Shown one piece after another: positions 45,975-56,915 of a stretch of DNA of 64,000 nucleotides (the stretch's first letter is position 1; the number at the start of each line of letters is the position of its first letter). The notes beneath the pieces are model-generated. The model did no database searches, was not told the origin of the DNA, and worked only from the letters and a program-made list of their open reading frames with translations. The DNA comes from Chloroflexota bacterium (GTDB taxonomy: Bacteria; Chloroflexota; Anaerolineae; Anaerolineales; Villigracilaceae). The DNA is taken from assembly GCA_040006635.1 (NCBI GenBank), contig JBDTWO010000001.1:25998-89997 (forward strand), in the 5' to 3' direction. Made by a program: the position numbers and the translations under genes.

Positions 45975-48215
45975 TTAGTAACGTCCTCTTTGCACCTCAA
46001 CCTCCGGATTCGCCAACTCATCCTCCCGCGCCGGGAACACCTGCACCGCGCACGCCTTGAACTCAGGGATCAACGCCTGCGGGTCGAGCGCGTCGTTCGT
46101 CAACAGGTTCGCGGCGGCTTCGGCGAAATGCCACGGGATGAACACCACACCCACCGTCGTCTTCTCGGTGACGGTGGCGCGCAAAACAATTTCGCCGCGG
46201 CGCGACGTCACTCGCACGGGCATGTTATTCGTGATGCCGTGCATCTCCGCGTCCGCGGGGTGCATCTCGGCGCGCGCTTCGGGGTACGCCTCATTCAGCG
46301 CCGAGTTGCGCGTCATCGTGCCGCCGTGCCAGTGTTCGAGCAAGCGCCCCGTCGTCAAAATGAACGGATATTCGTCATCGGCTTGCTCCATCACAGGCAC
46401 ATAATCGAGCACGTGAAATTTTCCGCGCCCGCTGGGGAACGTCTCTTTGAACAGCGTCGGCGTGCCGGGATGATTCAAATCAGGCACGGGATAGATCAAC
46501 CCGACCTTATCGATGCGCTCATACGTCACACCCGCGTAATCCATGTTGACGGACGCCATCTCACGCAGGATTTCCTCCGGCGACGCATAATCCCATTTGG
46601 ATGAAGTGCTTCGCTTCAATATAAGCTCGAGCCTGCTCGCCAAATCGCAGAGAATTTTCCAGTCTGGTCGCGACTGTCCTCGGGGCGGTTGAGCCGTCCG
46701 CACCCGTTGGACTCGCCGGTCGGTGTTGGTGAACGTCCCATCCTTTTCCGCGAACGGAGTCGCAGGCAGGAAGACATCCGCAAACGCACCAGACTCGTTG
46801 ATGAACAGATCCTGCACAACGAGAAATTCCAATTGCTGCATGTGCTTGCGCGTCTCGTTGAGATTCGGCTCAGACATCATCGGGTTCTCGCCCATGATGA
46901 ACAACGCCCGCACGCCGCCCTCATGCGCGTGACCGAGAATTTCAGTGGTGGTGAGACCGAGTTTGCGCGAGAGACCGCCGGGTTCGATATTCCAGGTCTG
47001 CTCCCATTTTTCGGCATTGGCTTCGTTATCGACGCGCATATAGCCGGGATAATGGAACGGCATCGAGCCCATGTCGCTCGCGCCCTGCACGTTGTTCTGT
47101 CCGCGCAACGGATTCAGTCCCGTGCCATCGCGCCCGATGTGACCCGTGAGGAACGCCAAATGGATGAGCGCCATCGCGCTGGCGGTTCCATGCGAAAGTT
47201 GCGAGATGCCCATGCCCCAATAAATTGCACCATTCTTCGCCGTGGCATACATGCGTGCCGCTTTGCGAATATCTTCAGCAGGGACGCCCGAAAGTTCTTC
47301 AGCATATTCGGGCGTGAACTTCTCCAGCGACTCGACGAAATCTTGAAAACCTTCCGTGCGCTTCGCGACAAAATCGTTGTTGACCAATCTCTCTTTCACA
47401 ATCACATGCGCCATCGCGCTGAAGACCGGCACATTCGTCCCCGGCTTGAGCGGCAGCCACATCTCGGCGAAGTCAACCAAATCAATACGGCGCGGGTCAA
47501 TGACAATCATCTTCGCACCGTACTTCTCCACCGCTTCCTTCATCTGCAGCGCGATAATGGGATGATTCTCGCCCGTGTTCGACCCTGTAACAATAAACAC
47601 ATCATTTTGGATCACTTGCGAAGCCGTGTTACTCATCGCCGAAGAGCCAAGTGCTTTTTGAAGTGCAACCACCGAACCCGCGTGACAGAGACGCGTGCAA
47701 TGGTCTATGTTATTCGTTCTGAATAATGTTCGCCACATCTTCTGCAACAGATAATTATCTTCGTTCGTCGCCTTGGCGCAACAGTAGACCGCCATCGCGT
47801 CTGAGCCGTCACGTTGATAGATACGGGTGAGATTATCAGCAGTGATGTTGAGCGCTGTCTCCCAATCGGTTTCGACCCAGTCCCAAGGGGAGAGTGACGA
47901 GTGATCAGTCATCAGTGAGCGGTTGCCAAGTTCAGGCGCATCACTTCGACTCTTCCACTGTTCACTGTTCACTGCCAACTGATTACTCTCCCCCAACAAA
48001 TATCTTCTTACAAGCGGCGTCGTCACACGCTTGGGATGATAGATAAAGTCATATCCAAACCGTCCCTTTACACACAAGTTGCCGTGATTGACCGGCGAAT
48101 CAAACGGCGACGTCACCTTGAAAATAAAATCGTCTTTGACGTGTAACTGTAAATTACATCCAACGCCGCAATAGGGACAGGTGGTGGTAACAACACGGTC
48201 TGATTTAATAACCAT
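45975..48215 (-). CDS. fdhF: Formate dehydrogenase alpha subunit, Cys-ligand paralog
   Basis: CPYCGVGC, CVKG, DHCTRLCH, PLRGQNNVQG, P.FK..AV. Confidence 0.9.
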   Translation of the reverse strand: MVIKSDRVVTTTCPYCGVGCNLQLHVKDDFIFKVTSPFDSPVNHGNLCVKGRFGYDFIYHPKRVTTPLVRRYLLGESNQLAVNSEQWKSRSDAPELGNRSLMTDHSSLSPWDWVETDWETALNITADNLTRIYQRDGSDAMAVYCCAKATNEDNYLLQKMWRTLFRTNNIDHCTRLCHAGSVVALQKALGSSAMSNTASQVIQNDVFIVTGSNTGENHPIIALQMKEAVEKYGAKMIVIDPRRIDLVDFAEMWLPLKPGTNVPVFSAMAHVIVKERLVNNDFVAKRTEGFQDFVESLEKFTPEYAEELSGVPAEDIRKAARMYATAKNGAIYWGMGISQLSHGTASAMALIHLAFLTGHIGRDGTGLNPLRGQNNVQGASDMGSMPFHYPGYMRVDNEANAEKWEQTWNIEPGGLSRKLGLTTTEILGHAHEGGVRALFIMGENPMMSEPNLNETRKHMQQLEFLVVQDLFINESGAFADVFLPATPFAEKDGTFTNTDRRVQRVRTAQPPRGQSRPDWKILCDLASRLELILKRSTSSKWDYASPEEILREMASVNMDYAGVTYERIDKVGLIYPVPDLNHPGTPTLFKETFPSGRGKFHVLDYVPVMEQADDEYPFILTTGRLLEHWHGGTMTRNSALNEAYPEARAEMHPADAEMHGITNNMPVRVTSRRGEIVLRATVTEKTTVGVVFIPWHFAEAAANLLTNDALDPQALIPEFKACAVQVFPAREDELANPEVEVQRGRY

Positions 48216-48228
48216 AAAGCAAGTCTCC

Positions 48229-48742
48229 TGACCTATCCCCCTGCCCCCTTTCCTTGAAGGAAAGGGGGAGTCTGAGGGGCAGGCAATCTCCCCTTCCCTT
48301 TGAGGGAAGGGGTCGGGGGTTAGGTGCCTTTACACTCGTCCACAATCCTCTGCAAAACACTCTTCAAATTCTTGATAACATCTTCATTCGTAAAACGAAT
48401 AATCCGAAAACCAAGCGCAATCAAATATTCTTCGCGTTCGGCATCGTATTCTTTTTGCAATTCATGAATTCCTCCATCCAATTCAACGATCAACTCGTGT
48501 TGATGGCAATAAAAATCAGGAAAATAACCATGAACAACCTGCTGTCTTCGAAAATGAAGACCATTCAGCTTATTGCCTTTCAATTCTTTCCATAATTTCT
48601 TTTCGGCAGGCGTCATTACACGGCGCAACTCTTTCGCACGCTCGAGCATTTCATCAGAAACTTTCTGTCCTCTAACAATATTCTTAATCGGCATAAGTTT
48701 TTCTCCCCTTCCCTTTCAGGGAAGGGGTCGGGGGATAGGTCA
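48229..48742. mobile_element. DUF559 endonuclease gene bounded by REP-like ends
   Basis: 12-bp terminal inverted repeat TGACCTATCCCC / GGGGATAGGTCA; direct copies of CTCCCCTTCCCTTT..GGGAAGGGGTCGGGGG on both sides of the gene. Confidence 0.65.
48320..48694 (-). CDS. DUF559 (Vsr-like) endonuclease
   Basis: LRRVMTPAEKKLW, FRRQQ, DFYC, ELDGGIH, GFRIIRFTN. Confidence 0.92.
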   Translation of the reverse strand: MPIKNIVRGQKVSDEMLERAKELRRVMTPAEKKLWKELKGNKLNGLHFRRQQVVHGYFPDFYCHQHELIVELDGGIHELQKEYDAEREEYLIALGFRIIRFTNEDVIKNLKSVLQRIVDECKGT

Positions 48743-48792
48743 AAACAAAAACGCCCCACGCATTAGCCTGGGGCGTTCATGCGCTGAATTAA

Positions 48793-50886
48793 TTATACTC
48801 TCTCGACTTTAACCGCGCTCACTTTATATTCTGGTATCTTCGCTACTGGATCAACGGCATCGTTGGTCAATGCGTTGGTTGGGACTTCGGCAAAGTGGAA
48901 GTTCATGAACACCATGCCGCGCGGAAGTTTATCCGTGAGGCTGGCTTTGCCGGTCGCTTCGCCGCGGCGGGAAGTGACGCGGATCATTTCACCAGTTGCA
49001 ATCCCAAGTCTGACGCCATCTTCGTCATTGATCTGGATCTCGCCCTCCGGCACGATCCAATCCAACCCAGCCGAGCGGCGACTCATCGTCCCGCCGTGCC
49101 AATGCTGAAGGATACGTCCCGTATTCAACATGAATGGATACTCTTCATCAATCGCTTCCATGGGTTCACGGAATGTGAGCGGTGTAAACTTGCCGAGTCC
49201 GCGGGTAAATTTTTCTTTATGCAGGATCGGTGTGCCCGGATGGTCCGCTGTCGGGCAGGGCCATTGGATTCCGCCATGCTCAAGCTTCTTGTAACTGAGT
49301 CCAGCCATGGATGGAGTCAGCGAAGCGATTTCATCCCAAACGGCAGAGGCACCAGTGTAGTTCCAATTTGTTATGGAGTGAACAACGTCAGTTGAGTTTT
49401 CATCCGAAGTGGTCTGACTCAAACATTGACCCAGATCGCAAATGATATCGAGATCGCGGCGCGCCTCACCACGAATGGGCAAAGCCGTGCGCACACGCTG
49501 CACGCGTCGCTCGGTGTTTGTGAACGTGCCTTCTTTTTCCGCGAAGCTCACACCGGGCAAAACCACATGCGCGAGCTGCGCGGTCTCGTTCAGGAAAATA
49601 TCCTGCGAAACCAAAAACTCGATTTCATTGAGCGCCTCTTTCACATGATTGGTGTTGGGGTCGGAGAGAATCGGATTCTCCCCCAGAATATACAACGCCT
49701 TCACGCGTCCATCGAGAATGCCGTTCATCAACTCAGTGATCGTGAGCCCCGGCTTCGCAGGAATCTTCACCACGGTTTGCCACGCATTCTCAAATTTCGT
49801 GCGCACGGCTTCATCAACAACAGATTGATACCCCGTGAGCACATTCGGAAGCCCGCCCACATCGCACGCGCCCTGCACATTGTTCTGCCCGCGCAGCGGA
49901 TTGACGCCCGAACCGGGCTTGCCAAAATTACCGGTGAGCAATGCGAGATTCGCCAACGCCTGGACGTTATCCACGCCATGTGACGACTGCGTGATACCCA
50001 TCGCCCAGAAGATGGCTGCGCTTCCCGCCCGACCGTAAAGCTGCGCGGCTTCGCTGATCATTTCCGCAGGGACGCCGGTTACGTCCTCACCCCATTGCGG
50101 TGTGCAATCCTTGACAGCTTCTTTGAGGGCGTCAAAGTTTTCAGTTCTTGTTGTAATGAATTCTTGTTTTACCAACCTTTGTTCAATGATGACATGCGCC
50201 ATCGCATTGAGCAACGCCACATCCGTGCCCGAACGCGGACGGATATGAATCGTCGCAAAATCAGCCAGTTCAATTTCACGCGGGTCAATCAGGATCAACT
50301 TCGCGCCATGCTGTCGAATCGCCTTCTTCATCTCAAGGCTGATAACCGGATGTGCCTCAGTAGTGTTACTGCCTGTGACCAACAATACATCGGCAAGATG
50401 AATATCTGCGATGGAATTGGTCATCGCGCCTGAACCCAGTGTCGTTGCCAGACCGGCAACGGAGCTGGAGTGTCAGAGCCGCGCGCAGTGATCGACGTTA
50501 TTTGTACCGATCAGTCCGCGCGCCACCTTTTGCAGCAGATAATTTTCCTCGTTCGTGCATTTGGCTGAGACGAGGAATCCAATCGAGTCGGGTCCATATT
50601 TCTCGCGGATCTCTAGCAGGCGTTCAGAAACATGACTCATTGCTTCGTCCCAAGTTGCTGGAACAAGTTCACCATCCTTGCGCATCAAAGGCTGGGTCAG
50701 GCGATCCTTCGAATGGATAAAGTCATATCCGAAGCGACCTTTCACGCACAAGTTGCCGTGATTGGCAGGCGAATTGAACGGCGATGTGGACTTGTACACA
50801 AAATCATCTTTGATATGCAAGTTCAGTGTACAGCCCACGCCACAGTATGGACAGGTAGTAGTTACGATTCGGTCAGGATTAATCAT
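48793..50886 (-). CDS. fdhF: Selenocysteine-containing formate dehydrogenase alpha subunit (one gene; the ORF track splits it at the Sec TGA)
   Basis: NVDHCARL-TGA(50475-50473)-HSSSVAGL stays in frame with the downstream ORF; SECIS hairpin follows. Confidence 0.93.
50443..50461 (-). promoter_or_regulatory. Bacterial SECIS element
   Basis: CGTTGCC-GGTCT-GGCAACG stem-loop beginning after an 11-nt spacer 3' of the UGA; resembles the E. coli fdhF SECIS. Confidence 0.88.
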
Positions 50887-50898
50887 CTATTTCACCTT

Positions 50899-51237
50899 CT
50901 AGCGAAGAGCACTTAGGAGTCTCTTGCTAATCAGAAATCCTTCAAGCGAGCAAACATACATGATAGTTAAGCCAGCGATTATTTCATAAGAAAGGCGTTT
51001 ATCCATTTCATGGATTGGAGGGATCAGGAATAAATAAAGGGGCAAAAGTAATATCACAATTCTACAAATTGAAACTACTTTTGGAAGAGCCTGAGTTAAC
51101 TTTTGCTTTTCTTTAATAGACAAAGATTCTGTCCGTTTTTTATTTACCATGAAGTACACTACAACTCCATAGATAAATATGAACCCAACTACACCTAAAC
51201 TTATTTTGAACCAAATGGAAGAAAAGTAATCCATCAA
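50899..51237 (-). CDS. AT-rich small membrane protein inserted in the fdh operon
   Basis: Three hydrophobic segments; AT-rich; abuts both neighbouring genes. Confidence 0.65.
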   Translation of the reverse strand: MMDYFSSIWFKISLGVVGFIFIYGVVVYFMVNKKRTESLSIKEKQKLTQALPKVVSICRIVILLLPLYLFLIPPIHEMDKRLSYEIIAGLTIMYVCSLEGFLISKRLLSALR

Positions 51238-51250
51238 CTATCCTACTCAG

Positions 51251-51943
51251 TTATTTATCTTTTCTGCGTTTACGTCCGGTATTCATCACACTTATTTCTT
51301 CGGGCTTCATCCCCTGCTCCAACTGGAATTGGCGTTTCGGTTTCAACGCGCCGGTGGGACAAACTCCCACGCATTGCCCGCACAACACACACGTCGTCTC
51401 AGGAATAGTCTTATCGAAGAACGTGCCAATCTGCGTCTCAAATCCGCGCCCTTCGAAGTTGATCGCATACGTATATTGCGCATCGTCCGCGCAGACTTGC
51501 ACACAGCGCCAGCACAACAAACACTTCGAGTAATCACGGATAAACATCGGGTTGTCGTCTTTAATTTCCGACTCGCGTCGCTCCGCATCCGGGAAGCGTT
51601 CCGCGTTTGCGCCGTATTCATCCATCATCGTCAAAATTTCGGGTGCATCGGACAAATCCATCGTGGAGGCAAGCATCTCAAGAATCGTCTTGCGCGCGCG
51701 AACAACTTTTTCGCTCTTGGTTTGCACCTTCATATTATTTGCGGCTTCAACGATACACGCTGGCTGAAGCACGCGCATCCCCTCGACTTCGACGACACAC
51801 ATACGGCATAATCCATTTGCGGTTGTCGCTTCGTGGAAACAGATCGTAGGAATGTCTACGCCGTTTTCGCGTGCGGCATCCAAAAGCGTTTTGCCTTCTT
51901 CTACCGTTATTTCCTTGCCATCCATTTGAAAAGTGGTTGTCAT
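51251..51943 (-). CDS. Fe-S subunit (2Fe-2S + 2x4Fe-4S), NuoG/HydA N-terminal-like
   Basis: [36 protein letters not shown]. Confidence 0.92.
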   Translation of the reverse strand: MTTTFQMDGKEITVEEGKTLLDAARENGVDIPTICFHEATTANGLCRMCVVEVEGMRVLQPACIVEAANNMKVQTKSEKVVRARKTILEMLASTMDLSDAPEILTMMDEYGANAERFPDAERRESEIKDDNPMFIRDYSKCLLCWRCVQVCADDAQYTYAINFEGRGFETQIGTFFDKTIPETTCVLCGQCVGVCPTGALKPKRQFQLEQGMKPEEISVMNTGRKRRKDK

Positions 51944-51945
51944 GA

Positions 51946-53682
51946 TTAACCTTCAACCTTTGACGTTTGACCCTTCGATGAACTCAGGGCAGCGCCTTCG
52001 ACGAAAAGTTCTGGCCACAACTTCATCGCGGACAATACTGCACTCGCCGCCGTCTGACCTAAGCCGCATAAACTCGCATCCGTCATCGTCCAGCCGACAT
52101 CTTGCAAGCGGACAAAGTCACCATCAACGATCTTGCCGGAGGCTACACGATCTAAAATTTCTTTCTGGCGTTGCGTCCCCATCTGGCAGGGATAACATTT
52201 ACCGCACGATTCATGCGCAAAGAAGTGACCGAGACTCTTGAGCACCTGGCGCATATCACGCGTCTCATCAAAGACCATCACCACGCCCGAGCCAAGCGGA
52301 AGCCCAACTCCGCGCAGGTCTTCAAACGTCATTTTGACATCGAGATGTTCAGTCGTTGCGAACGCGCCTGCCGCACCACCAAATAACACAGACTGAAGTT
52401 TCTTGCCGTTCGCGACTCCGCCTGCCATTTCAAGCACTTCACGCAACGTCACACCAAACGGGACTTCGTACACACCAGTCTTTACAACATCACCCGAAAC
52501 GCAGAACAGTTTCGGACCCGGCGATTTCTCGGTGCCGATCTTTCTAAATTCAGCCGAACCTTTCGCAACGATCAATGGAACATTGCAAAGTGTCTCAACA
52601 TTGTTGATGACGGTCGGTTTGCCAAAGACGCCGTAAGTGGTTGGGAACGGCGGTTTCACACGCGGGAAGCCACGCTTGCCTTCGATGGATTCAAATAAAG
52701 CAGTCTCTTCACCGCAGATGTACGCCCCCGCCCCAACGCGGACTTCAATATCAAATCTTTCGTTCAAATATCCCGCCGCGCGCGCTTCGGTCAAAGCATT
52801 CTCCAACACCGGGACAATATACGGATATTCCGCGCGGATATAAATATAGCCTTTGCTTGCGCCAATCGCATACGCGGCGATGCACATGCCTTCAATCGTG
52901 CGATGCGGATCATCGAGCAAAAGAATGCGATCCTTGAACGTGCCCGGCTCAGACTCATCCGCGTTGCAAATAACGTACTTCTGATCGGCTTCGGCTTTGG
53001 CGGCACCGTCCCATTTGATGCCGGTCGGGAATGCCGCACCGCCGCGTCCAACCAGACCGGATGCTTTTATCTCGTTCACGATCTCTTCCGGTTTCATGGT
53101 CATGGCTTTCTTCAACGCAGCGTATTCACCGTATTTTGAAAGCGGCGTAGTGCCATTGCCGCAATTCGCGGTCAATAAACGGATTGAGCCATCCACTAAT
53201 GAAGGCGGACGACCCAATTCATAGGTATTCTTTTCGAGGTTGATGTTAGTCTCAGCTTCATCACCGACCAATGCCACAGGCGCATGTTCACACAGCCCCA
53301 GGCAAGGACTCGACTCGATGGTGAGAGACAGGTCCGGCTTCGTCTGATGAAATCCCCTTGCGGGACCGGGTTTCAGTCCATGATGTTCACAGAGATGATT
53401 GAGAACGCCATCCGCATCTTTGAGGGCACACGCCACATCCGTACAGACTCGGATCACACGTCTGGCTGTCGGCTTATCATAGAAGAGGGTATAGAACTCA
53501 ATGACACCATGCACATCGGCGAGCGGAACGTGCAGTGTTTTGGCAATTTCAGTTGCAACCGGCTCAGAAACCCAGCCATAAATTTTTTGAGCCGCGTGCA
53601 AGGCTGGTAACAACCCTGAGCGGCCCAAAGGAATATACGGTTCGATTGCAGTTCGGAGAGAGGCTGTTTCGGTGAGTGTCAT
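51946..53682 (-). CDS. NuoE-NuoF fusion (NADH/FMN diaphorase module of an NAD-linked FDH)
   Basis: NuoE-like CTDVAC / CLGLC; [37 protein letters not shown]. Confidence 0.92.
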   Translation of the reverse strand: MTLTETASLRTAIEPYIPLGRSGLLPALHAAQKIYGWVSEPVATEIAKTLHVPLADVHGVIEFYTLFYDKPTARRVIRVCTDVACALKDADGVLNHLCEHHGLKPGPARGFHQTKPDLSLTIESSPCLGLCEHAPVALVGDEAETNINLEKNTYELGRPPSLVDGSIRLLTANCGNGTTPLSKYGEYAALKKAMTMKPEEIVNEIKASGLVGRGGAAFPTGIKWDGAAKAEADQKYVICNADESEPGTFKDRILLLDDPHRTIEGMCIAAYAIGASKGYIYIRAEYPYIVPVLENALTEARAAGYLNERFDIEVRVGAGAYICGEETALFESIEGKRGFPRVKPPFPTTYGVFGKPTVINNVETLCNVPLIVAKGSAEFRKIGTEKSPGPKLFCVSGDVVKTGVYEVPFGVTLREVLEMAGGVANGKKLQSVLFGGAAGAFATTEHLDVKMTFEDLRGVGLPLGSGVVMVFDETRDMRQVLKSLGHFFAHESCGKCYPCQMGTQRQKEILDRVASGKIVDGDFVRLQDVGWTMTDASLCGLGQTAASAVLSAMKLWPELFVEGAALSSSKGQTSKVEG

Positions 53683-53831
53683 ACTTTGCTCCAATCGAAA
53701 CAAAGTATAGACCGAAACAAATGGTCTGACAAGTCAAAATCGTCAGAGAGGGATGAAAGTCAAAAAATAAAGGTGCTTTTCTACGGGATAAATCATACAA
53801 GCTTTGCACAAACCCTGCCAAGAATAAAGTA

Positions 53832-53875
53832 ATCTGCGCTAACACTTGCGTGTTGGTGCAAGTATTAGCGCAGAT
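53832..53875. terminator. Imperfect hairpin downstream of the amidase and upstream of nuoEF
   Basis: ATCTGCGCTAACACTTGC / GCAAGTATTAGCGCAGAT. Confidence 0.5.
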
Positions 53876-53907
53876 GAGTGGACAAAACTTTACGGGTTGT
53901 GTTTACA

Positions 53908-55434
53908 TCACACAGTCAATATCGCAGTCGGCAAATAACGCGGCTGTCGGCGGTATTGTGTAGCTTGCTCAAAGGCATAAGCATATTTAATTAAATTTGC
54001 TTCCTGCCAGGCTTTAGCGAAGAAGGAGAGCCCCACCGGCAAACCAAATACATACCCTGCCGGAACCGTAATATGCGGATATCCCGCCACCGCCGCAGGT
54101 GACGTGCTTTCCATATCCCAGTTGATCGCATCGCCGTTTGCCAGATCGATCATCCACGCAGGACCACCGCTTGGGACAATGATCGCATCGAGTTTATATT
54201 TACGCATCACTGCATCGATCCCCGCTTTGCGAGACAGCCGCAAGTTTTTCGCCAGGGCATCTTTATATTTCTTCGAACTCAACGAACCTTTCTCCTGCGC
54301 AGTGACCAAACGCTCCTGTCCGAAATAAGGCAGCACGCGGTCTTCGTTCTCTTCGTTGAACTTGATCACATCTTCCATCGAGTGGACGCGCACGTTCGCA
54401 TCCACCGTCTTGAGATATTTATTCAAACCGGTCTTGAACTCATAGTGCAGCACTTCGCTTTCGGTCTCGCCGAATTTGTTGAAGTTAGGCACATCCGCCG
54501 GGTCTATGATCACCGCACCCAATTGCTTCATCACCTCGATGCTATACTCAAAGATCTTGAGGATCCGCGGATTGGTTCCCGCCATATTTCGAGCGACGCC
54601 GATACGCGCGCCTTTGAGTCCATCTAGATCGAGATATTTTGCGTAATTGGATAAAGCCCGCTTCTTGCTTAACCTGGTAGCTGAATCGGCAGAATCGACT
54701 CCCGTCAACACCCCCAGCAGGATCGCTGCGTCGGCAACCGTCCGCGCCATGGGACCGGGCGTATCCTGGCTGTGCGCAATCGGAATAATGCCGTTGCGAC
54801 TCGCTAATCCAAGTGTTGGCTTAATACCTACAATTCCATTTGTCTGACTCGGGCAAATGATCGAACCGTCGGTTTCCGTACCGATCGCAGCGACACACAA
54901 ATTCGCCGCCACAGCCGCCGCCGAACCGGAGGAAGATCCGCACGCCGAACGATCCAACGCATATGGGTTACGCGTCAACCCGCCGCGCGATGACCAGCCG
55001 CTGACCGAACGCTTGCCGCGAAAATTTGCCCACTCGCTCAAATTGGTCTTGCCCAGAATCACCGCACCCGCTTTGCGTAATTGCTTCACGATGAAAGCAT
55101 CTTTCGCCGCGATATTACCTTCCAACGCCAGTGAGCCCGCGGTTGTTTGCATACGGTCGTGCGTATCAATATTATCCTTGATCAGGATCGGAATGCCATG
55201 TAACGCACCGCGCAACTTCCCGGCTTTGCGTTCTTTATCCAAACCATCCGCAATCTCCACCGCATCCGGGTTCAACTCGATCACCGAATTGATATAAGGA
55301 CCATTCTTATCCACTGCGTTAATACGCTGAAGATACAACTCCGTGACCTGACGTGAAGTCAATTCACCAGTTTCCATTTTTTCATTTAAATCAGAAATTG
55401 TCCATTCCGGTAAGATCATCCCGCTTGCTCCCAT
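53908..55434 (-). CDS. Amidase-signature family protein
   Basis: IKDNI, GKTNLSEWAN, GSSSGS, ETDGSIICP. Confidence 0.95.
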   Translation of the reverse strand: MGASGMILPEWTISDLNEKMETGELTSRQVTELYLQRINAVDKNGPYINSVIELNPDAVEIADGLDKERKAGKLRGALHGIPILIKDNIDTHDRMQTTAGSLALEGNIAAKDAFIVKQLRKAGAVILGKTNLSEWANFRGKRSVSGWSSRGGLTRNPYALDRSACGSSSGSAAAVAANLCVAAIGTETDGSIICPSQTNGIVGIKPTLGLASRNGIIPIAHSQDTPGPMARTVADAAILLGVLTGVDSADSATRLSKKRALSNYAKYLDLDGLKGARIGVARNMAGTNPRILKIFEYSIEVMKQLGAVIIDPADVPNFNKFGETESEVLHYEFKTGLNKYLKTVDANVRVHSMEDVIKFNEENEDRVLPYFGQERLVTAQEKGSLSSKKYKDALAKNLRLSRKAGIDAVMRKYKLDAIIVPSGGPAWMIDLANGDAINWDMESTSPAAVAGYPHITVPAGYVFGLPVGLSFFAKAWQEANLIKYAYAFEQATQYRRQPRYLPTAILTV

Positions 55435-55500
55435 ACTAGTTTTGATACAAGCGGGACATTCCCGCTCGCTCCTTAGAAATAGTTATAACGCTGTTTGTCA

Positions 55501-55938
55501 TCATCGTCCGCCGCCTGTAATGTAATGTTCCAATTGCGAGATCACAAATTTTTGCTGGTCAACCATTTCCTTGAGCGCGTCGCGGGCTGAGATCAGCCCG
55601 ATCAACTCTTCCCCATCGAACACCGGCAAGTGCCGGATGTTCTTATCGATCATGATCGCAACACACTCTTCCAAAGTCTGGCTGGCTTGCGCGTACAACA
55701 CCTTTGACGTCATAATATCTTTCACTTTGGTCTCATGCGTAGTCCGTCCATGCAAATCGACCCTGCGCACACAATCGCGCTCCGAAAGGATACCTTGCAC
55801 CTTGCTCCCCGCCAGCACCAGCAATGCGCCAGTGTTCTTATCCGCCATCACCTTAAGCGCTTCAAAGACACTCGCCTCCGGTTGGACTGAATAGATCTCG
55901 CCGCCTTTTTTGTGGACAACGTCACGCAAAGTCGTCAT
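55501..55938 (-). CDS. CBS-domain pair protein
   Basis: GILSERD, IRHLPV, GLISARD. Confidence 0.92.
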   Translation of the reverse strand: MTTLRDVVHKKGGEIYSVQPEASVFEALKVMADKNTGALLVLAGSKVQGILSERDCVRRVDLHGRTTHETKVKDIMTSKVLYAQASQTLEECVAIMIDKNIRHLPVFDGEELIGLISARDALKEMVDQQKFVISQLEHYITGGGR

Positions 55939-56034
55939 GCCAGCCTCCTTTCAGGATTTGGCAAAGTATAGGCTCAAATCCCATCTCTGGCAAGCAGGAC
56001 TAAAGTTCCGCTTCATGCTTAATTTAGGTCTGAT

Positions 56035-56550
56035 TCAGCCTCGAAAACCGCCGCCCAGCCCAAACCATTTCCCCAGCACAAGTCCCACCATCTCGTCCAA
56101 AGGCATGGAAACATCCAGAATCAAGGCATTTTTTGGCTCTTCAAGCGTAGAAAGCTGACTTTTGAGCATCTCCGGCTTCATAAAATGCCCCTCCCGCCCA
56201 GACATGCGCTCCTGAATCAGCTCATAACTCCCCCTGAGATAAATAACTTCAATCCCGTTTGTCCCCGCCAACAATTGCTGCCGATAGGATTCCTTCAACG
56301 CCGAGCAAGCCAGCACGGGGTGACGCTCCGCTTTCAGCACGAACAAAAGCAGATCGGATAACGAAGTCAGCCACGGGGTGCGGTCTGAATCGCTGAGCGG
56401 AATCCCAACCGCCATTTTGGCGATATTTTCCGGCGGGTGGAAATCATCCGCATCAAAAAAATCCCAACCTAATCTTTGAGCAAGCGCCTGCCCCAATGTT
56501 GACTTGCCCGAACCCGAAACACCCATGATGACAAAACCAGTTGGTTGCAT
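56035..56550 (-). CDS. gntK: Gluconokinase
   Basis: MGVSGSGKS, DADDFHP..N..KM, LACSALK, HFM...L.SQ..TLEEP. Confidence 0.92.
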   Translation of the reverse strand: MQPTGFVIMGVSGSGKSTLGQALAQRLGWDFFDADDFHPPENIAKMAVGIPLSDSDRTPWLTSLSDLLLFVLKAERHPVLACSALKESYRQQLLAGTNGIEVIYLRGSYELIQERMSGREGHFMKPEMLKSQLSTLEEPKNALILDVSMPLDEMVGLVLGKWFGLGGGFRG

Positions 56551-56669
56551 ATGCCAATTGTACATAAAATCTACCCATTTCCTCTGACAATGTACACATA
56601 TGATTTATGACGCGGTATGGTTGACATGAGACGCCGTCCCGCCTATACTTTCCAAAAGGGATTACAAAT

Positions 56670-56915
56670 ATGAATGAGGGCACACGGCATCCAATAAGCA
56701 TTTTTGATCCGATCCAAGACTTAGAACACGACCAGCTTGGCAGATTTCAATTTGCCAAAAGACTCCTCAAACGAGTCTCTTTGCCTGATTGCCCGTCAAC
56801 AGTCAGACCGACCCAGTTCATCAAACAGTGCTTCATCAACGGGCAGGATTTGGAAACCATCTGTAAATCACTGGCAGGCACCATGCTTTGGCTGCGCCAG
56901 GCAGGTCTGCCCTAA
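56670..56915 (+). pseudogene. N-terminal remnant of a KAP-family P-loop NTPase
   Basis: DPIQDLEHDQLGRFQFAKRL is the typical KAP N-terminal motif; the ORF diverges before any Walker A. Confidence 0.6.

Noticed and set aside
48793-50886. Split or pseudogenised FDH (two ORFs in the track)
   Set aside because: The interrupting TGA is in frame at the metal-ligand position and is followed by a SECIS; read as Sec.
53340-53385. Possible small REP insertion (PARG) in NuoE, and a degenerate one at 49380-49420 in the Sec FDH
   Set aside because: Inverted repeats too short or degenerate to support without ortholog alignments.
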